Positions 29,455-42,758 of a DNA stretch of 64,000 nucleotides are shown here, in pieces. Origin of the DNA: the human T2T-CHM13v2.0 reference genome, Homo sapiens; assembly GCF_009914755.1 (NCBI RefSeq), contig NC_060931.1; one strand, given 5' to 3'. Positions within the stretch are counted from its first letter, which is position 1, and the number at the start of each line of letters is the position of its first letter. Made by a program: the position numbers and the translations under genes. The notes beneath the pieces were generated by a model that saw only the letters and a program-made list of their open reading frames with translations, was not told where the DNA came from and did not search any database.

Positions 29455-29666
29455 ATAGGATTTCCTAACTCGCATTATTGTGCTGGATAATTCTTTGTTG
29501 TGGGCTCTGTACCGTGCAATGTGGCGTGTTTAGCAGCATCTGTGTATTCTACCCACTGGTGCACCTTCTCCTCAGCACCTGCCAATTGTAACAACTAAAA
29601 ATGTCTCCAGACTTTGCCAGCTATCCTCTGCTGGGGGACAGAGTAACTTCTAGCTAAGAACTGTGG
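29455..29666. mobile_element. MER20 (hAT-Charlie)
   Basis: ggataattctttgttgtggg...tttagcagcatc...acaactaaaaatgtctccagac. Confidence 0.8.
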
Positions 29667-31169
29667 ACATAAAGTGATGCAGCAAACAAGCAGAAAATAT
29701 GTTCTGACCCAGATCTTATGACTAACATGGTGTGTGATCCATTGCACCCCTGAGACTGCAATGGAACATTGAATTTTAGAATTTTATGTCATAGAATTTT
29801 AGAATCATAGAATTTTTAAGGTCCCACTGACATCCAGGCAACTTCCTTATTTTGCTGATGAGCAAACCAAGGCTTAGAGATGTGAGATGACTATCACAAT
29901 TCTATGGCTCAAAATATTTTAAAAATAATTTCAAGCAAACATTCCTAAGATTCTTGGCAAAAGTGATATTACTGATACACATCCACAGGGGGTACATCTT
30001 GTCCTGTGGCTGCACCAATTAGCCATCCTATCTGTCAAGAAAGTCTTCCTAAAACATATAGGTTAACTTCATTTATACCAATGCTAAAACAAGTCATGCC
30101 ATACCTCTGCCGCCCTTCATGTTGGAGACTTTCAGTCACCTATACATGTTTCTGTAGTTCTAGAAGCCAGACTTCCGAGAAGCATAAAATCCATCATAGG
30201 TGTTGGGGGAGGTAAAAGGAAAACCACCATTCTGATCAGATGAGGCCATTTGAAAAATGGGATAATGGCCGTACTCAAAGAGCCTTCCTTCTTAGCATTC
30301 CATTCTCTGACCCCTCCCTCCTCTTTTGTCTGTATCCTGATCCCTTCTACCCAATACCTGGGGCCTCTACGCAGATCCACTTTTCTCAGAGGCTCACTGG
30401 ACAGCATTAGGTCTATGTGGAAAATTATCCTTTTCATCGGGAACCAGTGAGATCTTAGCTAACCTCCTGCTTCCATGCCTGTAGTGGCAACTGTTGAGAT
30501 ACAGTTCTTCATTTATAAATTTTCTCAGGTCTCCACTCACGATATTTGAGTGCTTTGTGTTCCAAAGAAGAAAACCAATTATTACTTCTGTTTGGCCACA
30601 CACAGAATTGCAGAACACGTGGACTTGGATGCCAGATGTTGCCATAGAGTTCAATATTTTCTTGCTCCAAATTAAAAATGCCTTTATAATACTTAGTCTA
30701 TTAAGAATTTAAAGCTGCTAAAGAGTACCTTTTAATTCCTAAAAAAAGTGATAGAATATTAACATATCACATCAGAAGAAAGCTAGTGTATAAGAAACCA
30801 CCAACCCCCAACCCCAGCACACACACACATGCAACAAGTACATCTCATGTATGAATTCAAGCATTTGTCCTGTTTTATAGCAACAGCACAGGAGCTTCCC
30901 CTTGTACTAATCAGGTTTTTATTTTCTGATGCTTCGCTATCTTAGGGCCTTGCTGACCTTAAAAAGTCTGTCCCTCCCAGGATTAGTTAATTCCTAGAGA
31001 TAGAAAACAACTCATTTCCCAGGATATACCTTTTATACGGAAGCCAACAAATCCAGAGCCTGTATTCTCAACCACGTCCTTTATCAGGCTTTCACACTAT
31101 CCCCCTGCCCTAATCACTGCAGGGCCAGGTACCAGGCAACTAGAGACATTATTCAAACTAGCTGATCCT

Positions 31170-31993
31170 TTATATATATATATATTTTTATTATACTTTA
31201 AGTTCTAGCATACATGTGCACAACGTGCAGGTTTGTTACATATGTATACATGTGCCATGTTGGTGTGCTGCACCCATTAACTCGTCATTTACGTTAGGTA
31301 TATCTCCTAATGCTATCCCTCCCCCCTCCCCCCACCACACAACAGGCCCCGGTGTGTGATGTTCCCCTTCCTGTGTCCAAGTGTTCTCACTCACCTATGA
31401 GTGAGAACATGCAGTGTTTGGTTTTTCGTCCTTGCGATAGTTTGCTGAGAATGATGGTTTCCAGCTTCATCCATGTCCCTACAAAGGACATGAATTCATC
31501 ATTTTTTATGGCTGCATAGTATTCCATGCTGTGTATGTGCCACATTTTCTTAATCCAGCCTATCATTGTTGGACATTTGGGTTGGTTCCAAGTCTTTGCT
31601 ATTGCGAGTAGTGCCGCAATGAACATACGTGTGCATGTGTCTTTATAGCAGCATGATTTATATTCCTTTGGGTATATACCTAGTAATGGGATGGCTGGGT
31701 CAAATGGTATTTCCAGTTCTAGATCCCTGAGGAATCACCTCACTGTCTTCCACAATGGTTGAACTAGTTTACAGTCCCACCAACAGTGTAAAAGTGTTCC
31801 TATTTCTCCACATCCTCTCCAGCACCTGTTGTTTCCTGACTTTTTAATGATCGCCATTCTAACTGGTGTGAGATGGTATCTCAATGTGGTTTTGATTTGC
31901 ATTTCTCTGATGGCCAGTGATGGTGAGCATTTTTTCATGTGTCTGTTGGCTGCATAAATGTCTTCTTTTGAGAAGTGTCTGTTCATATCCTTC
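31170..31993 (-). mobile_element. L1PA (approximately L1PA5/6) 3' end, non-inverted arm of a 5'-inverted insertion
   Basis: Poly-T/TA tail then the reverse complement of the L1 3'UTR and ORF2 end, stopping at ...gttcatatccttc. Left TSD aaactagctgatcct at 31155-31169. Confidence 0.92.
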
Positions 31994-33414
31994 ATGGTAC
32001 TGGTACCAAACAGAGACATAGACCAATGGAACAGAACAAAGATCTCAGAAATAATACCACACATCTACAACCATCTGATCTTTGACAAACCTGACAAGAA
32101 CAAGAAATGGGGAAAGGATTCCGTATTTAACAAATGGTGGTGGGGAAACTGGCTAGCCATATGTAGAAAGCTGAAACTGGATCCCTTCCTTCTACCTTAT
32201 ACAAAAATTAATTCAAGATGGATTAAAGACTTAAATGTTAGACCCAAAACCATAAAAACCCTAGAAGAAAACCTAGGCAATACCATTCAGGACATAGGCA
32301 TGGGCAAGGATTTCATGTCTAAAACACCAAAAGCAATGGCAACACAAGCCAAAATTGACAAATGGGATCTAATTAAACTAAAGAGCTTCTGCACAGCAAA
32401 AGAAACTACCATCAGAGTGAACAGACAACCTACAGAATGGGAGAAAATTTTTGCAATCTACTCATCTGACGAAGGGCTAATATCCAGAATCTACAATGAA
32501 CTCAAACAAATTTACAAGAAAAAAACAAACAACCCTATCAACAAGTGGGCGAAGGATATGAACAGACACTTCTCAAAAGAAGACATTTATGCAGCCAACA
32601 GACACATGAAAAAATGCTCATCATCACTGGCCATCAGAGAAATGCAAATCAAAACCACAACGAGATGCCATCTCACACCAGTTAGAATGGCGATCATTAA
32701 AAAGTCAGGAAACAACAGGTGCTGGAGAGGATGTGGAGAAATAGGAACACTTTTACACTGTTGGTGGGACTGTAAACTAGTTCAACCATTGTGGAAGTCA
32801 GTGTGGCCATTCCTCAGGGATCTAAAACTAGAAATACCATTTGACCCAGCCATCCCATTACTGGGTATATACCCAGGGGATTATAAATCATGCTGCTATA
32901 AAGACACATGCACGCGTATGTTTATCGTGGCACTATTCACAATAGCAAAGACTTGGAACCAACCCAAATGTCCAACAATGATAGACTAGATTAAGAAAAT
33001 GTGGCACATATACATCATGGAATACTATGCAGCCATAAAAAGTGATGAGCTCATATCCTTTATAGGGACATGGATGAAGCTGGAAACCATCATTCTCAGC
33101 AAACTATCACAAGGACAAAAAACCAAACACCGCATTTTCTCACTCATAGGTGGGAATTGAACAATGAGAACACATGGACACAGGAAGGGGAACATCATAC
33201 GCCGGGGCCTGTTGTGGGGTCGGGGGAGGAGGGAGGGATAGCATTAGGAGATAGACCTAATGCAAATGACGAGTTAATGGGTGCAGCACACCAACATGGC
33301 ACAGGTATACATATGTAACTAACCTGCACATTGTGCACATGTACCCTAGAACTTAAAGTATAATAAAAAATAAATAAATAAATAGATAAAAACCCATCAA
33401 AAAGTGGGCGAAGG
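31994..33414 (+). mobile_element. L1PA ORF2 3' part, 3'UTR and poly(A), followed by a short L1 ORF2 remnant
   Basis: ORF 31958-32989 is the L1 ORF2 C-terminus (RDIDQWNRT...[18 protein letters not shown]). Poly(A) at ~33360-33390, then aaaacccatcaaaaagtgggcgaagg and right TSD aaactagccaatcct at 33415-33429. Confidence 0.93.
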
Positions 33415-33607
33415 AAACTAGCCAATCCTAAACCTGTTTACCTTGCCCTGCCTTTCCAGAGGAAAGCACAGTAAAGGTTCCTGCTCAAGTTTTCCCCATT
33501 TCCTCTGCCTCCTGACAAACCCCAGTGGTTGCCCATGTGGCCCTACGTGGTGGCCATGCCTTCTGTTTCCAGGGATCTGTGAGTATAAACTTCTTCCTTC
33601 GTGATAG

Positions 33608-33988
<381 letters not shown>

Positions 33989-33994
33989 CAGGGT

Positions 33995-34210
33995 AGACAA
34001 ATTTGGTTCTGCTACTTTAATAGTTGTGTTAACTAGGCAACACTACTTAAGTCATCTAAGCCTCAATTGCCTCTTGTAACAATGGAGCTAATAAATCAAT
34101 GATTAATGAGAGTACTGGCATAATAGTAATAATATTTAATATTGATTGAAGCATCTATAAAATTTTTTCACAGTACATAACTCAGAGTAAGTGCTTCTAG
34201 TGGGAACCAT
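33995..34210 (+). mobile_element. MIR
   Basis: ggttctgctacttt...ctacttaagtcatctaagcctcaattgcctc. Confidence 0.6.
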
Positions 34211-34979
34211 TATTATTATTGTTGACTGTAACAGCAAAGCAATAAATTTTTTCCTAATGTAAACAGATAGCTAATGGATAAATGATTAGTCATCATCATA
34301 CTTGCTTACTTTATTAAGAAACAGAGTAAACATGAAGAGACTACGTAGCTAGGTTCAGGTCACAAAATGACTCTGTGGCAGAGTTGGATTTCTGCCCTGT
34401 CCAAGACCCAACCCTTCTCCAGAGATCACTATGATTCTTTCATTTCACGTAAAATAAAAAACTTTCATTTGGGGAATTCCCTTGCAGAGTTTCATGGTTT
34501 TGTCCCAGATTCTCTTGAGTCTGGAAAATTACTTTGTGTTCTTATGTTTAATATTCTGCACTTCTGTTAAAGATGGATTTTTGCTGAGTTAAAGGCTCAC
34601 ACAGTTCTTATAGGTTCCAATTTAGAAACAACCCTAAATCTGTTGTGGCTTTGAGTTAGTCTTGGCAGAACACTTCAGGGTGGGTGGGAGGGTTTTTAAT
34701 GGGTTTCTTTAAAGGGATTCTTTAAAGAGTTTATTTAGGCTCAAACCAAAGTAAACTGACTATCCTATTCCCATAGATTTTTAGCAAGACAAGGGTTAGA
34801 ATTCAGAGGAAATGTGGTAGGCAGAGTCTACTGAGAATTTGGTTGATATCGTGGGCCATAAAGTGGTAGCAAGACTATGGTGACATTAAAAGAAACTTTC
34901 TCACAAAGACATTTTAAAAACTTTTTACTCCTTTATGTTCCCATAATATTAGAGTTGTTTTGAATATATTAATACATGG

Positions 34980-35410
34980 ATAGTTTATATCTATATATAC
35001 ACATATACATACACACCCATACATTCAAAGTGTTTATATACACACACACTTTGAATGTATTTATATATATATGCTTTGTATAATGTATATACTACATATA
35101 CTTTGTATAAAGTATATACTATATATACATTCAAAGTATATATAGTATAGCATATGCTTCAAATATATAGTGTGTATATATATACTTCAAAATACATATA
35201 ATGTATATATACTATATACACACAAAATAGTATATATAAAGTATATATACATATGCACTATATAAAGTATGTGCGTATATATACTTTCAATGTATAGTGT
35301 ATACTTTATACGAAGTATGTTTTATATATATACACTTTGTGTGTATATATATACTTTGTATGTGTGTGCATATATATACTTTGTATGTGTATATATACAT
35401 ACTTTGTATC
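34980..35410. repeat. Degenerate (TA)/(TATACA)-rich low-complexity tract
   Basis: About 430 bp of tatatac/gtatatat variants. Confidence 0.9.
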
Positions 35411-35989
35411 AATGCCAAAATACTGTATGATAAAATAGATGTTTTGCTGAATATCAAACCATAAAATGAGCTTTCAGTATCAAAGAGTATCTACATATTG
35501 TTATTGACAGGGTAGTAAAAATTTAAAAGTCTAATATAAAGTGAACAATCACAATTTTCAAACACTGCCAGCTGCTAATAGCTCCTGCAGTCAGTATACA
35601 ACGTATCTGCTTTATTAAACAGATATTTATCTGAGATAAGTGGAAGACAAAAACTTGTTTCTCTAATACTTTCTTATTTTCTTCATAGCTTTTCTATTTT
35701 TATTACATCTAAAAATATATATGATTTGGGGATTTATAATCTTCAGTAATATATTTTAGGTCACAAGCATACCCTGCTCTTAATTCTTTTTCATGCATTG
35801 TGAAGAATTCCAAGTGGGACATTTTCTTGAATGAAGTCATGGCCCAAATATAGTTTAAAACTTAAAAGTTCAGTATGTTCTATAATAACGATGTTAACAT
35901 TCTTAATTTTATATTCAATAACTTTATAAAATTTAAAAGAAGAATACCCTTTTGTTTGTATTTTACTGTATCTTTCAATCAAGTAACAA

Positions 35990-36097
35990 TTTTTTTTTTT
36001 TTTCAGATGGAGTTTTGCTCTGTCGCCCAGGCTGGAGTGCAGTCGTGTGATCTCAGCTCACTGCAGCCTCTGCCTCCTGGATTCAAGTGATTCTCCT
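35990..36097 (-). mobile_element. Truncated Alu right arm
   Basis: Poly-T followed by agatggagttttgctctgtcgcccaggctgg...gattctcct, then an abrupt switch to L1M sequence. Confidence 0.85.
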
Positions 36098-39000
36098 CAT
36101 AGTACAAGTCACCAATGTTAGAAATAAAAAAGTGTTCTTTATACATTAAAAAGATAAAAACAGGATATTATAAATAATTTAAAAGATAAAATTCAAAATT
36201 TGGAGAAATTCCTTTTGAAATGCATCTCACCAAAAACGGACACAAGAAGAAACAGAAAATCTGAATAACTAAATTCTTACTAAAAAGCTGAAATCCAGTG
36301 TTAAAAACTTCCACAAAACAACTCCAGACCCACAGGACCTCATTACTACACTCTTCCAAATATTTAAGAAAGAAATAACACTGTTTTTCCTATAAACTTT
36401 TTCAGGGAATAAAAAGGGAATATTTCCCAACTCTTTTTATGAAAACATTATAATTAGATAAAAACATCACCAAAAAAAATTTACAGACAAATTTCCCTTA
36501 AGCATAGGTGCAAAAATCATAAACAAAATAACAGCATATGAAACATAACCACATATAAAGAAAATACAAAGAAAACATATGTAAAGAAAATATTTAAAAA
36601 TTAACCATATATAAAAAGGATAAATATCTTGGCCAAGCATGGTTTATTCCGGAAATGCAGAGATGTTTAACATTCAAAAATCAACTGCTCTAATGTAAGA
36701 TGTTAATAATAGTGGGGTGGAGAAAAAGGAACACCTGTACACTGTTGGTGGTAATGCAAATTAGTACAACCATTATGGAAAATGGTATGATTAAAACAAA
36801 AACTAATGACAGAATTACCACATGATCCAGCAATTTCACTGTTGGAGATATATCCCAAGGACTTGAAATCAGTATGTCAGATATTTGCACTCCCATGTAC
36901 GTTGCAGCATTATTCACAATAGCCAAATGATGAAATCAACCTAAATATCCATCATCAGATGAATGGATAAGGAATATGTGGTATGTATACAAGGGAATAC
37001 TATTCAGTCTTTTTAAAAAAGAAATTCTGTCATTTAAAACAACAAAACAACATGGAGAAACCTGGAGGACATTATGCAAAGTAAAATAGGCCAGGCACAG
37101 AAAGACAAAAACCTTACATGAGGAATCTCATGTGAATTATAAAACAACCAAACTCATAGAACCAAAGAGTAGAATGGTGGTTATCAGAGGCTACGGGGAT
37201 AAGGAGAAATGGGGAGATATTCATCAAAGGATGCAAAGTTGCAGTTAGATAGGAGGAATAAATGACAAGTATTTAAGGTGATGGCTATGTTAATTAGCTT
37301 GCTTCAATCACTCCACACCGTATACATACATCATAACATCACTGTGTACCCCACAATTATATACAGTTACAATTTGCCAAAAAAATTAAAATTTTTTCAA
37401 AAAATAAAATTTGTAAAAAGTAAGGATGAGATTGGAAAACAATGCTAAAAATAATAATGGAAAATTGTGTGCATGTGGGGAAAGGGGTATATAAGAATTC
37501 TGTATCCTATAGGAACTCTCTGTCCTATCTTCACAATTTCTTTTGTAAATCTAAACATATCATAAAATAAAAAGGATATTTTAAAAATCAGTTGTTGTAA
37601 TCTACCACATCGAAAGAATAAAGCAGAAAAATAATATGTGGTTATTTCCATAGAGGCAGAAAAACAATTGGATGAATTTTACCATACAATTATAATTTAA
37701 AACTCTCAGCAAATTAGAAATGAAAGGAAACTTTCTTAATCTGGGAAAGGATAGTTCCCAAAAGTTATAGTAAAAATTGCATTTAATTATAAAATATTAT
37801 AAGCTATCTCTCTGAGAAAAAGGTTGAGACAAGATACTTGCTATAATCTGTTCTATTAAAAATTAAACAGAATGACCTACCAAATGTAATAATGCAAAAA
37901 AATCAAAACAAGATTCTATAATTAATAAATAAAATTAGCATCATAGAAAATAAAAAAAAAAACAGCAAACCATTAGATTCAGTAACCCAATTACTAGATG
38001 CAAGGTTAACATAAAAATCAATTTTAAAATGTTCTGTATTATAGAAATCAATTAGTTCTGAGTGCCAACCACAAACAGAAAACAATTTTTCAAAAAACCA
38101 TATATACTAACATCAAAGAATATCAAATACCTATGGGAAAATCTAATGATGTATGTGTAAGACAGCTATAGTCAAAACTATAAAGCATTACTTAGAAAAA
38201 CTACAGAAGACCTAAATAAATGAAAAGATACATTACGTTTATGGATTGAAAAATGCTATATTATACATATATCAATTTTTTAAACATATCTACAAGTTTA
38301 AATCAGTTAAAATGCCAGAAGTAATTCATTTGTGGAAAAGGAGTGTTTCATCTTAAAATTTATATTGAAAACAAAGAGACCAAGCATAATCAAGGCAACC
38401 GAAAGAACAAAACTGTAGGACTTAAACAGCAGAAGGAAAGACCTATTACAAAGCTATAGTAATGAAGACAGGACAAGGACATAGAAATAGAGCAATAGAA
38501 CAAAGCCGACCCACACATATGTATCATTTGTAACAAAGATGACATATTGAGATAGTTAAGAAAGAAGAACCTCTGTCATAAAAGGTGTTGGGTCAACTGA
38601 ATATTCTTATTGGGGAAAAAAGTGTATCTACCTCACACAAAAATTAATTTCAGATGGATTTTAGATCAAAATGTGAATGCTCAAATGTGAACTTATACAA
38701 GAAAATGTAAGATAACATCTTTGTGACCTTGGAATAAACAAAGATTTCTTTAACAGGAAAAAAAAAAGGCTAACTGTAAGGGAAAAAATAACATATAGCA
38801 CTATATTGTTGGAGAATATACATTCATCAAGATAAAAACATCAAGAGAAAAATAGTGTACCCCACAGAATTGGAAAAACATTTGCAATTCATATTCCCAA
38901 CAAAGAAATCATATAGGGTCCACTTAAAATACTCCTACAAATCAATAAGAAAATTTCAAATAGCACAATATAGTAATGAGCAGAAGACTGACTTGAACAG

Positions 39001-39107
39001 GCACTGCACAAAAAGATATCCAAGTAGCCAATAAAAAATATATGAAAGAGCGCTTAGCTTTATAAATTACCAAAGAAAAGCAACAAAACCTCAATGTAAA
39101 TACCACT

Positions 39108-39480
39108 TGTGTTAGTACATTTTCACACTGCTATAAAGAGCTACCTGAGACTGGGTAATTTATCAAGGAAAGAGGTTTAATTGACTTACAGTTCTACCTG
39201 GCTGGGGAACCCTCAGGAAACTTACAATCATGGTGGAAGGGGAAGCAGGCACCCTCACAGGGTGGCAGGAGAGAGAGAAGGATGAAGTAGGAACTTCCAA
39301 ACAGTTGTAAAACCATCAGTTCTCATGAGGACTCACTATCACGAGAACAGCATGGGGGAACCTCCCCCATGATCCCATCACCTCCCTCCCTCGATATGTT
39401 GGGATTACAGGTCCCTCCCTTGACACATGGGGATTACAATTCAAGATGAGATTTGGGTGGGGACACAGCAAAACCATACA
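39108..39480 (-). mobile_element. THE1 (THE1D-like) MaLR solo LTR
   Basis: tgtgttagtacattttcacactgctataaag...gagatttgggtggggacacagcaaaaccataca, with a perfect 5-bp TSD ccact at 39103-39107 and 39481-39485. Confidence 0.9.
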
Positions 39481-40228
39481 CCACTGCACCCACCATAATG
39501 ACTATTGAAAAGAATCATTATGCCAAACATTGTTGAGAATATGGAGCAAGTGGACCTCTCATGCACTGCTGGTGAGCACACAGAGGGTGCAAGCACTTTG
39601 ACAAACTATTTGGCTCCTTCAGCTAAAGTTAAACACATACATATCCTATGACCTAGCAATTTCACCTTTGTATATATCCAACAAAGATAATATGTTTACC
39701 AAAAAACATGCATGATAGTATTCATAATAGCACTCTTCCTAATACTCCAAGCCCAGAAATGAGCCAAATGTCCACCAACAGTAGTAGAATGAAAAATTAA
39801 ATGGTGGTATATTCACAAGATGAAATATTATTCAACAATTACAATGAACAAACTACAACTACACATAAATCCACATGTAAATGATCAACTGATCTTTAAC
39901 AAGATGCCAGAAATACACAGTGGAGGAAAGATAATCTCTTCAATACATGGTCTTGAGAAAACAGATATTCACATGCAAAATAATGAAATTAGACCCCAAT
40001 TTCACACCACTCACAGAAACTAACTCAAAATGAATTAAGACTTAAATGTAAAACCTAAAACTATAAAGGTCCTAGGAGAAAACATAGAGAAAACCTCCCT
40101 GACATTGATCTTGGCAGTGATATTTTGAACATAACACCAAAAGCACAGGCAACAAAGGCAAAAAAGTGGCACTACATCAAACTTAAAACCTCTGCACAGC
40201 AAAGAAAACAAGCAACAAAATGAAAAAG

Positions 40229-40410
40229 GGCCAGTCGTGGTGGCTCACACCTGTAATTCCAGTACTTTGGGAGACTGAGGCAGGCGGATTACATGAGGTC
40301 AGGAGCTCGAGACCATCCTGGCCAACATGGTGAAACCCCATCCCTACAGAGTGAGACATTCTGCCTGGGCAACAGAGCAAGACTCCATTTCAAGAAAATA
40401 AAATAAAAGA
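40229..40410 (+). mobile_element. Internally deleted Alu
   Basis: Left arm up to aaaccccatccctac is joined to the 3' end gcctgggcaacagagcaagactcc and an A tail. Confidence 0.85.
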
Positions 40411-41454
40411 CAATCTACACAATGGAAGAAAATATTTGCAAACCACATTTTGAATAATGCGTTAACACCCAAAGTATATAAGAAACTCATACAACTCAAT
40501 AACAAAAAGACAAATAACCCCATTTAAAAGTAGGCAAAGACCCAAATAGATACTTTTTCCCAAATAAGACATACAAACAGCCAACAGGTACATGAAAAGG
40601 TGCTCAACATCAGTAATCATCAGAGAAATACAAATAAAAAACACAATGGGATATCACCTTCTAGCTTTAGAATGGCTATTATAAAAAAGATAAGAGGTAA
40701 CAGGGGTATGGAAAAAGGGAACCTTGTGCACTTTTGGTGGGAATGTCAATTGGTACTGCCATTATGGAAAAGAGCATCAAGTTTCCTAAAAAAATTAAAA
40801 ACAGAATTGCTATCTGATCCAGCAATCTCACTTCTAGGTATATACCCCAAGGAAATGAAATCAGTATTTCAAAGAGGTATCTGCACTCCCCTGTCCATTG
40901 CGGCATTATTCTCACCAGCCAATATATGGAAACAACCAAAGTGTCCATTGACACATGAATCGATAAAGAAAAGCAATATTATTCAGTCATAAAAAAGAAG
41001 GGAACTTTGTCATTTGTGACAACGTGGATGGAACTGGAAGACATTATGTTGTGTGAAATAAGCCAGAGATATGTGTGAAATCCAAAAAAAGTCAAACTCC
41101 TAGAAGCAGACAGTAGCATGGTGGTTACCAGAGACTAGGAGGTGGAGGAAATGGGGAGATGTTGGTCAAAGGGTACAAACTTCCAGTTATAAGATGGGTA
41201 CAGGATGGTGACTACAGTTAATAATTCTGTATTGTATATTTGAAATTTGCTAAGAGAGTAGATCTTAAGCGTTCTCACCAGACACGCACACACACAAACA
41301 CGTAAATATGTGAAGTGATGGATGTGCTCATTGCAGTAATCATTTCACAATGTATATGTATATCACATCATCATGTTGTAAACCTTAAATATAGACAATA
41401 GTATTTGTCAATTATACATATTAAAGCTGAATAAATAAAATAAATTAATTAAAA

Positions 41455-41595
41455 TTATATAAAACTCAAAATTCAGCTCCCTCACTAGGCACATTAAAAG
41501 CGCTCAATAGCCACATATGTGTAGCGGCTAGGATATTGGATGTGTGGAGAATATCTCAATTATTGCAGAAAGTTCTGTTGGATGGCTCTGCTCTA
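41455..41595. mobile_element. MER3/MER33 fragment
   Basis: gctcaatagccacat...gcagaaagttctgttggatgg. Confidence 0.65.
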
Positions 41596-42467
41596 GAAGT
41601 AACACTTTTAGCTACATTACACCACTTCTGTGCATTTAGATGACATCATGAGATTTTTAAAGCAAAATTAATTATTCCTTCTGTGCATATGACAATTGCA
41701 AGTTTATCTCTAGGTTGGCAATTTTCCTAATTATTAGTGCCACATTTACATCTGTTTGCCAGATATTTTCACTTGGACACCAATATCAACCCAAATTTGC
41801 ATATTTAAACTGAATGTTACCATTTCCCCAAAACCAATTCTGTCTCATAACTTCTCTATTACCATCTTTACTACTCTTTTGTTACAACTTTTAAAAGTTT
41901 GATCGCTGAACTTATATTTTTTTTATTTCTTCTTCCTTGTCCTCTTTACCTACCTACCGCCTTAAAAATACCTCTCAAATAGTCTTACTTACTGCTATCA
42001 AACTAGATTTTAATGAGTCTACTTAAATCTTGTGTTTCCCCAAGTCCTTCCAGTATATCCATGGCTGTAATGTCAAATAATCAGGTTAATTGTACCAAAT
42101 ACCAATGGCTTTGTCTCTTTCATTCCAGAAAATTATAAAAGTTGTCCTAAAAATTGGTTCAGTGCCTTTTACAATCGTATGTACCTTATCTCTCTCTCCA
42201 TTTCTGCATGAACAGTCCATCCTATCCAAACCGTTCTCATTTCTCTACCATGAGATAATTCACCTTGCATTCCTAAAACTATGCCCTTGTTCCTCCTCCA
42301 CATTTTTCTACTTACTGAAACCTTAGCCTTCCTCCAGAAACTAACCTCAGGGCCATCCTCATCTGTGGGCGAAACCATTTTAGATCACAATGTTCTTCCT
42401 CAGTCTTCTTAGATACTAGAATAGTCACTCTTTGTACTATTCATCACATAACGTCTGTCTTGCCAGG

Positions 42468-42503
42468 TATATTAGGTTCCCCTAGAGAAATAGAATCAAT
42501 AGG

Positions 42504-42545
<42 letters not shown>

Positions 42546-42745
42546 AGAGAGAGAAAGAGAAAACAGGCTCATGTAATTGTGGTGACTGGCACTTCCAAAA
42601 TCCACAAGCCAGACTAGAAGGCTGGAAATTCTGGCAAAAAATTGATACCTTGTATCTGAAAGCTTTATCCTATCCTCTTCAGAAGACTTCAGTCTTTTCT
42701 CTTAAGGACTTCAACTGACTGGATGGGGCCCACTCAAAACAGCAT
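42468..42745 (-). mobile_element. MLT2 (ERVL) LTR fragment with internal (TG)n, overlapping putative ABCB5 exon 1
   Basis: tatattaggttcccctagagaaatagaatcaatagg...(TG)n...ggctcatgtaattgtgg...cttaaggacttcaactgactggatggggcccac matches the reverse complement of the MLT2 consensus. Confidence 0.8.
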
Positions 42746-42758
42746 CTAAGGAATTAAA
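42588..42758 (+). other. ABCB5: Putative non-coding exon 1 (5'UTR) of full-length ABCB5; start approximate
   Basis: Strong donor AAA|gtaagt at 42759 about 7.4 kb upstream of the coding exon, which begins with an acceptor and so needs an upstream exon. Matches my recollection of the ABCB5 gene structure. The TSS cannot be read from the sequence. Confidence 0.6.

Larger units (their letters stand above)
36100..41440 (+). mobile_element. Cluster of old L1M (ME/MA/MB) ORF2 and 3'UTR fragments with nested THE1 and Alu
   Basis: A-rich degenerate L1 ORF2 sequence, L1MA 3' ends at ~36690-37420 and ~40410-41440; ORF 40600-40992 is L1 ORF2-like. Confidence 0.8.

Noticed and set aside
31958-32989. 343-aa ORF, the longest in the window
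   Set aside because: It is the C-terminal part of L1 ORF2 fused to a few antisense codons at the inversion junction, not a host gene or an active L1.
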